From the sequence record NC_055709.1: a stretch of 64,000 bases of DNA. One strand, given 5' to 3'. The DNA comes from Escherichia phage phiE142. Below the pieces are notes generated by a model, which was not told where the DNA came from, ran no database searches, and was given only the letters and a program-made list of their open reading frames with translations. Below, in pieces: positions 19,495 through 29,552 of this stretch (position 1 is its first letter; each line of letters opens with the position of its first letter). The position numbers and the translations under genes are program-made.

Positions 19495-19730
19495 ATGTAT
19501 TCTCTTCGAATGAAGTCCTCTACATATTTTAACATGTCATCTCTATCAGCAAAATATTCATCTAGTTCTGCATACATAACAACACCTGGTGCGTACTCGC
19601 AGGTAACATACATTGTTCCAAAGAAACGAGGAGTTGATTCCTCGTAATTCTCAGTCCATTCAACGATGCCAATATAACCGTCACCAATACTAAATTCATG
19701 ACGATGGATTTCATAATCAGTCTTCGTCAT
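19491..19730 (-). CDS. hypothetical protein (46.1 position)
   Basis: track start TTG; trimmed to ATG with GAGGA SD. Confidence 0.4.
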   Translation of the reverse strand: MTKTDYEIHRHEFSIGDGYIGIVEWTENYEESTPRFFGTMYVTCEYAPGVVMYAELDEYFADRDDMLKYVEDFIRREYI

Positions 19731-19974
19731 TATACGCATCCTCAATACACGCTTCAGCCATTTTAAGAATAGAGCCAGGAGTATCGTTGTCCATTACATT
19801 AAAGCTAAATTCAATAGCCCAGTCGGTGCAGACATGAACTGCTTTAACTTCATTGCCTTCAACGCGTAATGGCTCAATCCAATACTTGATAGTGTTCTCG
19901 AATCCATCATCATCTTTAACGTCTATTTCAACTTCAAGCCCGAGCCCAGCATTGTTAAATTCATCTAAAGTCAT
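19717..19974 (-). CDS. hypothetical acidic protein (46.2 position)
   Basis: track ORF, ATG verified. Confidence 0.4.
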   Translation of the reverse strand: MTLDEFNNAGLGLEVEIDVKDDDGFENTIKYWIEPLRVEGNEVKAVHVCTDWAIEFSFNVMDNDTPGSILKMAEACIEDAYNDED

Positions 19975-20990
19975 TGTGTTGCCTCAATATAAAGTTCGTT
20001 GGAATATTTGACCAGCGCTTCTCTGTCTTCGTCTGAGATATCTGGAATCGCGTCAATATATTCTTTAATGATATCTTGAAGTGATTTAATCTCGATTTCC
20101 TGGTCGTCATCAGATTCAACACTGTTATCAACTTTAGAAACCATACGAAGAGAGTGAACTACTTTTTCAAGTTCAGATTCAAACTTAGTCAACTCTGAAT
20201 CAATTTCTGATACTATAACACGTAAGGCTAGATTAGTATAATCAGAATAATTGATTTTGCCTTTAAACGGATAAGTGATTCGTCGATGCCATGTTGTTTC
20301 ATTAGGAATAAATTCCATACGTTCAACGTCAGTGTCAAATACCCAGAATCCGCGAGGATCATTCTCATCACCTGCAGTAAGGGTCCATGGTGTCCCAATA
20401 TATTTGACGTTAGCAGCTTCAGAGATTGTGTGGAAGTGGCCGGACCAGACTTGTTTATAGGTCTTTAAGAAATCAGGTTCAAGCCCATGAGACTTCATTC
20501 CTTTATAGAAATAGAAGCCGTTCAGTTCCCAGTGTCCAACACAATACGCAGCAGAAGAAGTCTTGATGTGCTCTAAGATTTCACCTGTATTTTCTTCACA
20601 CATCCATGGAACGATATCAATCAGACATCCGTCAAAATCTACAGTAGTTGGATGTTCATAAATAGTAAAGTTTTCAAATTGAGTTAACAATTCAGAAACA
20701 GTGTTAGGTGTTATTGTATTCTTAAACGCCATGTCATGGTTTCCTATCGTGACATGAACGTGAATGCCTGCTTTAGAAATCATATCAACGATTTCACGAT
20801 TGAATTCCATTGTACGATGTGTTATTGCTTTACGGACGTCAAACCAATCACCGTACTGAATCCAAGTTTTAATCCCGTGTTTCTTAGAGTATTCAATTGC
20901 TTGTCGAATACCATCACGTTGAATATCTTGAACCCACGGGTCGTCTTGTTTGACTCCGATATGGAAGTCGCCTAAGTGCAAAATTTTCAT
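19971..20990 (-). CDS. 47: gp47 recombination nuclease subunit (Mre11/SbcD-like phosphoesterase)
   Basis: MKILHLGDFHIG metallophosphatase motif; 339 aa. Confidence 0.9.
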   Translation of the reverse strand: MKILHLGDFHIGVKQDDPWVQDIQRDGIRQAIEYSKKHGIKTWIQYGDWFDVRKAITHRTMEFNREIVDMISKAGIHVHVTIGNHDMAFKNTITPNTVSELLTQFENFTIYEHPTTVDFDGCLIDIVPWMCEENTGEILEHIKTSSAAYCVGHWELNGFYFYKGMKSHGLEPDFLKTYKQVWSGHFHTISEAANVKYIGTPWTLTAGDENDPRGFWVFDTDVERMEFIPNETTWHRRITYPFKGKINYSDYTNLALRVIVSEIDSELTKFESELEKVVHSLRMVSKVDNSVESDDDQEIEIKSLQDIIKEYIDAIPDISDEDREALVKYSNELYIEATQ

Positions 20991-21036
20991 ATTATTTCCT
21001 CATTAGTTAATTCATTCTATCATCCGTTTATAAAGC

Positions 21037-21060
21037 AAAAAAGGAACTCCGAAGAGTTCC
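21037..21060 (-). terminator. rho-independent terminator (GGAACTC-CGAA-GAGTTCC + U-run on minus strand)
   Basis: hairpin followed by six T on transcribed strand; upstream of gene 47 promoter region. Confidence 0.6.
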
Positions 21061-21272
21061 TATCCACATAGTACACCATACAGAGGCTCATTTGAACTTT
21101 TAAATCGAATGGGCTTGTACGTAATAGTTCCTTCGGCTTTAGCTTTATCATAAGACTCTTTAAAACGTCTCATTCTTTCTGCTTTGCCTTTACGGATTTT
21201 ATCGAAATTTTCAGAAGTCGGGATGTTCGTCATGCATAAGCACCTCTCAGAAAATGTCTAAATCAATTTCTC

Positions 21273-21479
21273 TCATCGTTTCCACCATTTCTTAACTTGA
21301 AATGAATCGACCCACACGAGTTGTTTTGGGTCTGCCTTTACAATAGGCGGACAAATTTCTGTAATAGAACCATCATGATATTCCTTTTCAGAAATTTTAA
21401 CACAAAGAGGACCTCCCAATTTAATGGTGAACCCCGCGTTCAGCTTCAGACGTTTAAACTTTGTTTGAACTAGCGCCAT
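21273..21479 (-). CDS. hypothetical protein
   Basis: track ORF, trimmed from TTG to ATG. Confidence 0.3.
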   Translation of the reverse strand: MALVQTKFKRLKLNAGFTIKLGGPLCVKISEKEYHDGSITEICPPIVKADPKQLVWVDSFQVKKWWKR

Positions 21480-21777
21480 TAATAATGTCCTCAATAGCCT
21501 GACGAGTAGTAACCCATTGGATTTTAATTAACTTGTCATTATATGGTTGTCGTAGAATATCCCGAGATTTCTTAATAGCATATTCGTAAGCTTCGAAGTT
21601 GTTTTGAATTGCTGCTTCTTGAGCATGAGCATAAAGACGGTTTAGTTCAAAACGATTCTTTTTAAGAATCTTTTCGGATTTTTTACGTGCTTCAGCTTCA
21701 TTTTTCTTTTGGATTTCTTGTAGCATTTTAGCTACTGCATCTTCTGCTTCTTTATTTTCAATAATCTCAGTATTCAT
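21454..21777 (-). CDS. hypothetical charged coiled-coil protein, 107 aa
   Basis: track ORF, ATG verified. Confidence 0.4.
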   Translation of the reverse strand: MNTEIIENKEAEDAVAKMLQEIQKKNEAEARKKSEKILKKNRFELNRLYAHAQEAAIQNNFEAYEYAIKKSRDILRQPYNDKLIKIQWVTTRQAIEDIINGASSNKV

Positions 21778-21778
21778 A

Positions 21779-21994
21779 TTATCTCATTAAATTAAAATAA
21801 AAACGTCCATCCTCTTCAATACAGAACTCATACTCAACTGGAGTCCCATTTATCGAAAATGACACGTCATGTGGGTTCAAAGGGTCGATGTCAAAATTAA
21901 TTTTAAATTCACGACCCAACAGTTTTACCAAATAAGGGATTGCTTCGTCAAAAGGTTCTTCTAAGTAGTTAGAGATGTCAATTGTCATCCTCAT
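21779..21994 (-). CDS. hypothetical protein
   Basis: track ORF trimmed to internal ATG; overlaps 3' end of gene 55. Confidence 0.3.
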   Translation of the reverse strand: MRMTIDISNYLEEPFDEAIPYLVKLLGREFKINFDIDPLNPHDVSFSINGTPVEYEFCIEEDGRFYFNLMR

Positions 21995-22535
21995 ATAAAA
22001 AATCCAAACTAGGCGAATCGCTAACAACTTCCTTCTTTTCAGCCCCAGGAGCTTTATAAGCGGATTCTTCATAATGCGTCATTTTATCGTAGATGTCTTG
22101 AATAAACGTTTCATCTACCAACGCTACCATATCATCGTCATGACTGTCGTAGACATTATGAACGAAGTAACTATATTTCTTTGCAACTTCCTTACGCTCT
22201 TTTTTGATACGTTGGACAAAAGCATTAAAACAAGCTCGAGTTATGTATGCATGTGGGTTATTGTACTTAGTTTCGTCGAAATTATGAAGTCCCTTAATAG
22301 AGGCTTCAATCCCATCTGCAATCATCTCCTGCTTCCAAGACTGGGTATATCCTGAAAAGTTGAAACGTTTGGACAGGCCTTCGGCGATAAGCATAATTGC
22401 TAAACCGATGGTATCATTCTGACGAATAATTTTGTTTGGGTCTTTATTATTTAAGAGCTCCTTTTTCCACTCGATTATAGCGGCGAGAAGCTCTTTATTA
22501 TTCACATAGTTATTTTTAGGTTTTTGTTCAGTCAT
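21978..22535 (-). CDS. 55: gp55 late-transcription sigma factor
   Basis: [20 protein letters not shown]...[34 protein letters not shown] as in T4 gp55; TTG extension trimmed to ATG, giving 185 aa. Confidence 0.9.
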   Translation of the reverse strand: MTEQKPKNNYVNNKELLAAIIEWKKELLNNKDPNKIIRQNDTIGLAIMLIAEGLSKRFNFSGYTQSWKQEMIADGIEASIKGLHNFDETKYNNPHAYITRACFNAFVQRIKKERKEVAKKYSYFVHNVYDSHDDDMVALVDETFIQDIYDKMTHYEESAYKAPGAEKKEVVSDSPSLDFLYEDDN

Positions 22536-22557
22536 AAGTACCTCTTGGCTCAATTCA

Positions 22558-22590
22558 TAGGTCTATTATATCATAATATTTAGAGACCTA
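22558..22590 (-). promoter_or_regulatory. promoter for gene 55 (TATAAT -10 inside TAGGTCT/AGACCTA inverted repeat)
   Basis: -10 hexamer about 30 nt upstream of ATG. Confidence 0.4.
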
Positions 22591-22690
22591 TTTTAAAGCA
22601 CGAGATACTATCAAAGATACGTAACTTTCATAAAGTTGACGACTTAAAATTAACCAAACTTTTCTTCGGTTATAGCAATTCGAGATAGTT

Positions 22691-22918
22691 TCATTCTAAT
22701 TCCTTTGCTGCAAATAAGGCAGCATCCAATGAATCAAATTGATCGACGAAATCAATATTCAACGCATCGTCAACCGTAGCATATAACCACCATTGTTTGA
22801 ATTCGTATTCTAGAATAAATCCAGGACCTTCAATCTGAGGAAGACCTAGACTATTTGTACCAACTTCGTAACCAGCTAGACGCAGGTCATTAATCAAAGT
22901 TTCTGTTAATACGCTCAT
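22691..22918 (-). CDS. hypothetical protein, 75 aa
   Basis: track ORF, ATG verified. Confidence 0.4.
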   Translation of the reverse strand: MSVLTETLINDLRLAGYEVGTNSLGLPQIEGPGFILEYEFKQWWLYATVDDALNIDFVDQFDSLDAALFAAKELE

Positions 22919-23247
22919 TTTGCCGCCTTAACAATTTTCAGGTCAACGAATTTTTTCTTACGTTGATTTTTCATACGACGGATAGTCTTTTCAGAGATTT
23001 CATGTTTCTGATAAGCTTTAGATTCAACACCAAATGCAGCAACGTCAAATTCAGAAAGAATATATTGTACTAGAATTTCACGAATAGAATTACGTCCAAT
23101 TTTCTGGTCGTGTTTTTGCATGATTTCATAAAGACGGAATTCCCACGCATCAAGAACTTGAGGAGTAACAATATTGCCAGATTCCAGAAGAGCAACAACT
23201 TTATCGAAAGCGAAAGAATTAACTACGTTTTTGATTTTAGTAGACAT
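22915..23247 (-). CDS. hypothetical protein
   Basis: trimmed to ATG with GAGGA SD. Confidence 0.4.
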   Translation of the reverse strand: MSTKIKNVVNSFAFDKVVALLESGNIVTPQVLDAWEFRLYEIMQKHDQKIGRNSIREILVQYILSEFDVAAFGVESKAYQKHEISEKTIRRMKNQRKKKFVDLKIVKAAK

Positions 23248-23266
23248 ATTATTTTCCTCGGTTATT

Positions 23267-23554
23267 TTAATATCCAACGAGAGAATTATACTCATCTCTC
23301 AAGAGTTTGTATACTATTTTTTTAAGCATGAAAAGTAAGTAATTTGTATCACGTGGAGTAATATCAACACCCATATCAAAGATGCCTTTATGGATTGGGT
23401 ATTTGTTTTCGGTTGTATCGAAGCTGAAACTATTTCCATCACATCTAACAGTAATAGCATCTGTTAAAATGTCATACTCAATCCTAACAATTGAATCCCC
23501 AATTTTAACGTCGAGGTGTTTTTTGAATTTGATAAAATCTAATTCTTGGGCCAT
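23267..23554 (-). CDS. hypothetical protein, 95 aa
   Basis: track ORF, ATG verified. Confidence 0.4.
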   Translation of the reverse strand: MAQELDFIKFKKHLDVKIGDSIVRIEYDILTDAITVRCDGNSFSFDTTENKYPIHKGIFDMGVDITPRDTNYLLFMLKKIVYKLLRDEYNSLVGY

Positions 23555-23617
23555 GATATTTTCCTCATTTTAAGACGATAGGAAGTCATGTTATTATCTT
23601 CCTATCGTTGTACATTA

Positions 23618-23818
23618 TTAACCGAACTTTTTAGCGCCTTTCCAGCCTTCGTACATAACTGCGCAAGTCAATAGCACAGCATGTTGACATTCTTTGTATT
23701 TGTAAATCCAGAACCAGCGTAAAAAGTCTTCATCCTCAACGCCGTTGAGTTTCATGTTGGCAAAGAATTCGGCACGTTCTTCACGAAGTTGCCATGACAC
23801 AATATTTTCAGGATTCAT
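23618..23818 (-). CDS. hypothetical protein
   Basis: track GTG start trimmed to ATG. Confidence 0.35.
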   Translation of the reverse strand: MNPENIVSWQLREERAEFFANMKLNGVEDEDFLRWFWIYKYKECQHAVLLTCAVMYEGWKGAKKFG

Positions 23819-23956
23819 TTTGTGTTCCACGCCCCGTTTTCATCGATGAACTTAATCCAGTCATTTACAGGCCATTTAGTTGTATCACCCTTTGGATTAA
23901 CATTTAAAGTATATAATCCCTGCTTAAAAAGCATTCGTTTGATATTCATAATTTCC

Positions 23957-24250
23957 TCAACTGTAACGGTAACATTCGTTAGCTTTACGTTTGGCTTCAG
24001 TATGAGAAGTATTATAATCATACTCTTCTTTACTGTAAACATCTTTTTTCAACTTACGAACTTCTTTGCGGAGTTGTCGATTCATTTCATTCTTGACTTC
24101 AGAATCAACGCCTTTCATACGTTTCCATTTATCTGAGCGGAAGATGTTTTCAACCATGTCTTTGTGGCTAACACCGTCAGGAGCTTTACGTTTACCAAAA
24201 TAGTCGTAATCACGAACTTTCAAATCTTTACGACGATACGTTTTACCCAT
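23957..24250 (-). CDS. hypothetical basic protein
   Basis: trimmed to ATG at 24250. Confidence 0.35.
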   Translation of the reverse strand: MGKTYRRKDLKVRDYDYFGKRKAPDGVSHKDMVENIFRSDKWKRMKGVDSEVKNEMNRQLRKEVRKLKKDVYSKEEYDYNTSHTEAKRKANECYRYS

Positions 24251-24257
24251 AAGTACC

Positions 24258-24506
24258 TCAGAGGTTGATTGATACAATGCGTTTGATAAAATTCACTTCA
24301 CTTACTGAAAGGTCTTTAAGACCGATTGATTCTAAACGCTGAGTAAGCGTCAACATCGGGATATAATCCCAATGAGTTTTATTTGCTTGATAAGTACGAA
24401 CGCCATTAGCAATTTCAACATGCAAATCGGAAATGGTAACGAATACCAGACGCTCGTCATTAACTTTAAGGGTTAGAACAACTTTCTTTGAATCTAAACT
24501 AATCAT
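24258..24506 (-). CDS. hypothetical protein, 82 aa
   Basis: track ORF, ATG verified. Confidence 0.35.
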   Translation of the reverse strand: MISLDSKKVVLTLKVNDERLVFVTISDLHVEIANGVRTYQANKTHWDYIPMLTLTQRLESIGLKDLSVSEVNFIKRIVSINL

Positions 24507-24724
24507 GTCTTAATTTCCTTCGCAATTGAACAGAAGATACCACGGTCACAAAGCATTTCACCAATTTCTGGATATTTGATTGAACGGTACCAAACATCCA
24601 GGCTTGAAACTTTGGTTATCTGTACTGCATTACCGTTGACCGAATAGTACTGGTCAACCTTAATTTCTTTATCTTCAATTGTCATTTTATTTTCCTCTAT
24701 AGTAGATGGTGTTAATCTTAACAT
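24503..24724 (-). CDS. hypothetical protein, 73 aa
   Basis: track ORF, ATG verified. Confidence 0.35.
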   Translation of the reverse strand: MLRLTPSTIEENKMTIEDKEIKVDQYYSVNGNAVQITKVSSLDVWYRSIKYPEIGEMLCDRGIFCSIAKEIKT

Positions 24725-24820
24725 ATCTATCGAGGATGTAAACTGTTTTATGAAAATATTTTTTGATTTGAGAGGGGCACAAGGAGATAGTGAAGTGAAG
24801 ATTCCAATGGATTATATTAG

Positions 24821-24854
24821 AAATGAGATAAAGAAGACCAGGCGGCACCTGGTC
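24821..24854 (-). terminator. rho-independent terminator (GACCAGG-CGGCA-CCTGGTC + U-rich tail)
   Basis: 7-bp GC-rich stem overlapping stop of nrdH-like gene. Confidence 0.55.
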
Positions 24855-25176
24855 AATCTTCTATGATATCAGAGTCATATCCTAATGAAATCAAGGACTT
24901 TTTAAACTCTGCAATATTCTTTTGTTTCTTATCATTTAAAAATATGACAGGATAACGAATATTAAGTGAAGTGAATCCTGCACGTTTAGCAAGAGATACG
25001 ATTAAAGGACGGTCATATTCAATCTTACCATTATTAGTGAGGACTTTATAAAATGTATAAGGAGCATTGAGCTCCTTTAAAAGTTTTGTAACAGTATAAC
25101 ATCCTGGACAACGTCCAACTTCTTCAGGGATGCCGTAGATTTCAATCTTATTCTTTAAGTTCGAGTTTTGTTCCAC
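24853..25176 (-). CDS. NrdH-like glutaredoxin (CPGC active site)
   Basis: IEIYGIPEEVGRCPGCY motif; proposed GTG start at 25176 with AAGGA SD; long track N-extension judged spurious. Confidence 0.5.
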   Translation of the reverse strand: MEQNSNLKNKIEIYGIPEEVGRCPGCYTVTKLLKELNAPYTFYKVLTNNGKIEYDRPLIVSLAKRAGFTSLNIRYPVIFLNDKKQKNIAEFKKSLISLGYDSDIIED

Positions 25177-25459
25177 GAGAAATAATTCCTTGGTAAGCCC
25201 AATAAGGAGGATTAACAGAATCCTCACCAGAGTTTTCTTCAGGAAAATAAACCTGGATAACGAAGCCGGATTCATCAAAGGTAAAATAAACCGTAGGCAG
25301 TTCACCTAACAAATCGGCACGAGCGTTGATTTCTTCGAGGTCTTGTTCACGTCCAGCCCAGAAGCTTGGGTTCAGACTACATTCATAGAAATAATAGTCA
25401 TTACCGAACATATCAAAACCATTCCAACTCTCTACCACATACCGCTCAAAACTAATCAT
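25148..25459 (-). CDS. hypothetical protein, 103 aa
   Basis: track ORF, ATG verified. Confidence 0.4.
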   Translation of the reverse strand: MISFERYVVESWNGFDMFGNDYYFYECSLNPSFWAGREQDLEEINARADLLGELPTVYFTFDESGFVIQVYFPEENSGEDSVNPPYWAYQGIISRGTKLELKE

Positions 25460-25461
25460 AA

Positions 25462-25677
25462 TTAAGCCTTTTTATCAAGAACAGAATTCAGTTTATTAGT
25501 AATTTTGTCCAAACGTTCATTGAATTCGCTGGAGGATAAACCCTTTTCTGGAGAAATTAAACTAATCACGAAAAATACACCAGTAAAAGGAATAAGAAAA
25601 ATAGCTCCAACTGCCATAAACAAAAAGAACGTTACAGTTGTAAGAAAATCAGCTAAACCTTTACGAAATTTGTACAT
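25462..25677 (-). CDS. small membrane protein, 71 aa
   Basis: hydrophobic core; ATG verified. Confidence 0.4.
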   Translation of the reverse strand: MYKFRKGLADFLTTVTFFLFMAVGAIFLIPFTGVFFVISLISPEKGLSSSEFNERLDKITNKLNSVLDKKA

Positions 25678-25787
25678 ATTTACCCTTAATTAACTAAGCA
25701 TTGATAATCATTAAACTATATTGCGAATAAAATTCTGGACCAAAACGAAAAATCATATCATTTATAGTATCCATAATGTAATTCAAT

Positions 25788-26258
25788 TTAATCATGTTTC
25801 CACACCCCATCGGTATTTGACCAAAGACGCTGATTATCTGATCCTCGCCACAGTTTTTTGGTCGGAAGATTTTTCTCATACTTCCCATCAATAATAACAT
25901 CAACATATTTAAGCATTTCTAGTTGTTTAATATCTTCAAACTTATATCCTGTCCACAACCAAATGCTTTTATTAGGATAAAGATTTTTTACTGTTTGAGC
26001 AATGCGATGAATAACATCTCGGTTATCAGGATAGAGAGGGTCTCCTCCGGTTATAGTTAATCCTTCTATATAATCATTATTCAAACATTCAATCAATTGT
26101 TCTAGTGTTTCACCAGTGAATGGAATACCATTTCTAGCATTCCATGTTGATTTATTATAACACCCTTCGCATTTATGCAAACAACCTGTAACGAAAAGAA
26201 CGACCCTGCATCCAGGGCCATTCACAAAATCGCAAGGATAAAATCTATCATAATTCAT
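25788..26258 (-). CDS. nrdG: NrdG anaerobic ribonucleotide reductase activase (radical SAM)
   Basis: Cys cluster CLHKCEGC; 156 aa; adjacent to nrdD. Confidence 0.9.
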   Translation of the reverse strand: MNYDRFYPCDFVNGPGCRVVLFVTGCLHKCEGCYNKSTWNARNGIPFTGETLEQLIECLNNDYIEGLTITGGDPLYPDNRDVIHRIAQTVKNLYPNKSIWLWTGYKFEDIKQLEMLKYVDVIIDGKYEKNLPTKKLWRGSDNQRLWSNTDGVWKHD

Positions 26259-28072
26259 TGGTGTTTAACCCTATGCATGATTTCTTTATTTTTACCGAGA
26301 TTAAATCCGCGTTCGTTCGGATTTCCCAAATAACCGCATGTTCTTCTTATGGTGTTCATCTTTTTAGGATCAGTTTCTCCACAAACTGAACAAACAAATC
26401 CGTTTTCAGTAGGAGTCATTTCATGAGTACTTCCGCATGTAAAACATTTATCCACTGGCATATTAACACCAAAATAATCTAAATGTTGTGCAGCATAATC
26501 CCAGACGGCCTCAAGTCCTTTTAAGTTATTTTTCATATCAGGAAGTTCAACATAAGAAATGTGACCACCTGTCGCAATGAAATGATATGGCGCTTCACGA
26601 GAAATCTTTTCAAACGGAGTAATATTTTCTTCTACTGAAACGTGGAAACTATTAGTGTACCAGCCTTTATCGGTAACATCTTTTACGCTTCCATATTTTT
26701 CTGTATCAAGTTTACAGAAGCGATAACACAAGTTTTCAGCAGGAGTAGAATACAAGCTAAAAGCAAATCCAGTTCTTTCAGTCCACTGTTTAAGATGAGC
26801 ATTCATTTTAGTTAAAATTTCTTGCCCAATATCACGACCGACAAGAATATTCAATTCATGAATACCAATATATCCTAAAGACACTGAACTTCTACCGTTT
26901 TTAAATAACTCAATTATGTCGTCATCAGGTTTAAGACGAACACCGAATGCACCTTCTTGGTAAAGAATAGGAGCAACAGTCGCTTTAACTCCTTTTAAGG
27001 AACTAATTCTACACATCAAAGCTTCAAAACATAAATCCATTCGTTCATTGAATAATTCAACAAATTTCTGTTCGTTAAATTGCGTTCCAATATAAGAATC
27101 TAATGCGATACGAGGAAGATTCAGTGTTACAACACCGAGATTATTACGTCCATCAAGAATTTCATTACCAGTCGAATCTTTCCATACGCTCAAGAAACTA
27201 CGACAGCCCATTGGAGAAACAGGAATAGATGAGCCAGTGATAGCTTTATTATTCTTAACAGAAATAATGTCAGGATACATTCTTTTGCTTGCACACTCTA
27301 GAGCGAGTTGCTTAATATCATAGTTCGGATCGTCTTTATAAAGATTAACACCCTCTTCGACAAACATAACAAGTTTAGGGAAAATAGGAGTTATTCCATC
27401 ACGACCAAGTCCTTTAATCCGATTTTTCAGAATTGCTTTCTGAATCATTCGTTCAGTCCAATCAGTTCCAGTACCAAATGTAATTGTTACAAAAGGCGTT
27501 TGTCCGTTTGAACTAAAGAGAGTATTTACTTCATATTCATAAGCTTGAAATGCGTCATATACATCTTTTTCTGTTTTAGATTGAGCATAATTCAGAATGT
27601 CTGGTATTTGCCATTTTTCTGCATCTTCAACATGTTTAGCGTATGTACGTTTAACATAAGGAGAAAGAACTTTATCGACATTCGCAAATGTAGTTCCGCC
27701 GTACTGATGTGAAGCAACTTGTGCAGTAATTTGTGCCATAATTGCAGTAGCAACACCAATCGATTTAGGCGTTTCAATTTGAGCATTGCCTAATTTAAAT
27801 CCGTTCTCAAGCATCCCCTTTAAATCGACTAAACAGCAATTGGTAAACGGAAGAGCAGGAGAATAATCAATATCATGCATGTGAATGATTCCGCTTTCAT
27901 GCGCATGCATAATAAAAGACGGGACCATATTTTTAGCAATGTGCTTAGACACAATACCAGCCATAAGGTCCCGTTGAGTTGGAAAAACACGAGAATCTTT
28001 ATTAGCATTCTCGTTCAAAAGATCTTTATTAGTTTTATAAATTAATCCTTCAATTTCTTTTTCAATTTTCAT
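26255..28072 (-). CDS. nrdD: NrdD anaerobic (class III) ribonucleotide reductase, uninterrupted
   Basis: 605 aa; C-terminal glycyl-radical motif RTCGY and Zn-ribbon Cys. Confidence 0.95.
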   Translation of the reverse strand: MKIEKEIEGLIYKTNKDLLNENANKDSRVFPTQRDLMAGIVSKHIAKNMVPSFIMHAHESGIIHMHDIDYSPALPFTNCCLVDLKGMLENGFKLGNAQIETPKSIGVATAIMAQITAQVASHQYGGTTFANVDKVLSPYVKRTYAKHVEDAEKWQIPDILNYAQSKTEKDVYDAFQAYEYEVNTLFSSNGQTPFVTITFGTGTDWTERMIQKAILKNRIKGLGRDGITPIFPKLVMFVEEGVNLYKDDPNYDIKQLALECASKRMYPDIISVKNNKAITGSSIPVSPMGCRSFLSVWKDSTGNEILDGRNNLGVVTLNLPRIALDSYIGTQFNEQKFVELFNERMDLCFEALMCRISSLKGVKATVAPILYQEGAFGVRLKPDDDIIELFKNGRSSVSLGYIGIHELNILVGRDIGQEILTKMNAHLKQWTERTGFAFSLYSTPAENLCYRFCKLDTEKYGSVKDVTDKGWYTNSFHVSVEENITPFEKISREAPYHFIATGGHISYVELPDMKNNLKGLEAVWDYAAQHLDYFGVNMPVDKCFTCGSTHEMTPTENGFVCSVCGETDPKKMNTIRRTCGYLGNPNERGFNLGKNKEIMHRVKHQ

Positions 28073-28542
28073 TTTAAACTCTTTCTAAGCTGCTTTTTGA
28101 ATGAAGCTATTAATTGTGTTTTAGTATCAGATTCATTATATTCAAATCCTCTTTGAAGCATCTCGGTCATCATTTCCTCTTTACCTAGTCTTGAGAACTC
28201 TTTAGTTTTGTCTGGAACAAAATTAGGATGGATATTATTATCAGAATAATCTTGTTTCAAATAAGCAAGAAGAGCTTCAAGCCATTCGAGGTAATCAACG
28301 TTTTGACCTTTAAGACCAGAACGGTTGAACTTATGCTTCATTTGACCTTCTGCTGCGTTGCACAGATTACAGAGTAATCCACGAACCTTACCAGCTTTTG
28401 GCCCGTTTAACTCGTGGTCGTGGTCAAGATGGTTACCTTGAACATCAGGGTCTAATTCACGGTGGCAAATAGGACACTTACCGTTCTGTGCATCATAAAA
28501 TTTTTGTTTTTCTTCTTTATATTTTGCGCCTGATAATAACAT
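28069..28542 (-). CDS. 49: gp49 endonuclease VII (Holliday junction resolvase)
   Basis: 157 aa near-identical in pattern to T4 EndoVII (MLL.GAKYKEEKQKFYDAQNGKC...HLDHDHELNGPKAGKVRGLLCNLCN). Confidence 0.95.
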   Translation of the reverse strand: MLLSGAKYKEEKQKFYDAQNGKCPICHRELDPDVQGNHLDHDHELNGPKAGKVRGLLCNLCNAAEGQMKHKFNRSGLKGQNVDYLEWLEALLAYLKQDYSDNNIHPNFVPDKTKEFSRLGKEEMMTEMLQRGFEYNESDTKTQLIASFKKQLRKSLK

Positions 28543-28571
28543 GATAAACCCTTACCTTAAATAGATAAGGG

Positions 28572-28579
28572 TATTTATA
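28572..28579 (-). promoter_or_regulatory. T4-type late promoter TATAAATA upstream of gene 49
   Basis: exact TATAAATA on minus strand about 30 nt before ATG. Confidence 0.5.
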
Positions 28580-28880
28580 ATTTAGTAAACGTTATAAAAG
28601 TTACGATGAGAACGTTTAGCTTTGCGAAGCTGACGTTTAGTAGGACGAACTGTAAATGGTTGTCCAGAGAAAAAATTCGGATCGGTTTTAATAAGCAAAT
28701 ACCAATCACGCTTGCCATTTTTTAATAAACGGTACAATAATTTAACTTGCATAATAATCTCTTCCCATTTCCATATCAATTAATTCATTTATTGAAGGTT
28801 CATCATAACATGGTTCTTCGTCGTTGTAAACCGTTTCGACGTCTGGCTCGACAGTCTCCCATCGAGCAGAATACCACGGT

Positions 28881-29237
28881 TTAACCCCGGAGTTTATTGA
28901 GCTCTTCATAATCAATCCAGGATTCTAGCCCTGACGGCAGGTCACATTCAATGTTCCACAGAAGCTCTTCAATGGCTTGCAGGCGATTATATTCTTCAAC
29001 GGTAATGGTAACCATTGGTGCAACCGGTTCTGCCTTTTTAACCATCATGTCATTCATCAGGACATACAAGTCATCACGAACAACAGTATCATTCCATCCC
29101 CATGATTTGGCTTCATACGCTAATGATGAAGGGAGCACATTTAAAACTTCAATAATAGATGGAGATTCAGGACCAAGCTCTGATACACAAACTTCGTATG
29201 CATCTTGGAAATCTTTAAGATTTAATGAATATGTCAT
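28881..29237 (-). CDS. hypothetical protein, 118 aa
   Basis: track ORF, ATG verified. Confidence 0.4.
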   Translation of the reverse strand: MTYSLNLKDFQDAYEVCVSELGPESPSIIEVLNVLPSSLAYEAKSWGWNDTVVRDDLYVLMNDMMVKKAEPVAPMVTITVEEYNRLQAIEELLWNIECDLPSGLESWIDYEELNKLRG

Positions 29238-29255
29238 TTAAAATATTCTCGCAGT

Positions 29256-29552
29256 TTATTGTTCTACCCAGGCATAGGAAACTTCGAAATCAGGACCACC
29301 GTATTCCCAGTGATATTCACCAACAGGAATCCAGTCACCGTGCTCGTTTTCTTCATAGTCCTCAGCCTCAAGGCCAACGAATCGCCATTGGACACCGATG
29401 ATTCGATTACCCATCATTACTCTAAATTCACCCCATGGATTATCGATAGCATATTGGATATCGTTCTTAGCACGAGAACACATTTCTTGATATAACAAAG
29501 CTTCTAATTTACCCTGGTCATAAGAGCCCGGGAAAGTTAAATCAATACTCAT
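29256..29552 (-). CDS. hypothetical protein, 98 aa
   Basis: track ORF, ATG verified. Confidence 0.4.
   Translation of the reverse strand: MSIDLTFPGSYDQGKLEALLYQEMCSRAKNDIQYAIDNPWGEFRVMMGNRIIGVQWRFVGLEAEDYEENEHGDWIPVGEYHWEYGGPDFEVSYAWVEQ

Noticed and set aside
22591-22600. MotA-box-like TGCTTTA upstream of gene 55 (T4 middle promoter)
   Set aside because: Spacing to the -10 hexamer (about 23 nt) does not fit the middle-promoter geometry as I recall it
25694-25906. 70-aa ORF overlapping the 3' end of nrdG
   Set aside because: Mostly out-of-frame overlap with nrdG; only the last 26 codons or so are free and no start signal is evident
26255-28072. Group I intron or homing endonuclease interrupting nrdD (as in T4)
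   Set aside because: nrdD is a single uninterrupted 605-aa frame with no inserted structured segment or nested endonuclease ORF
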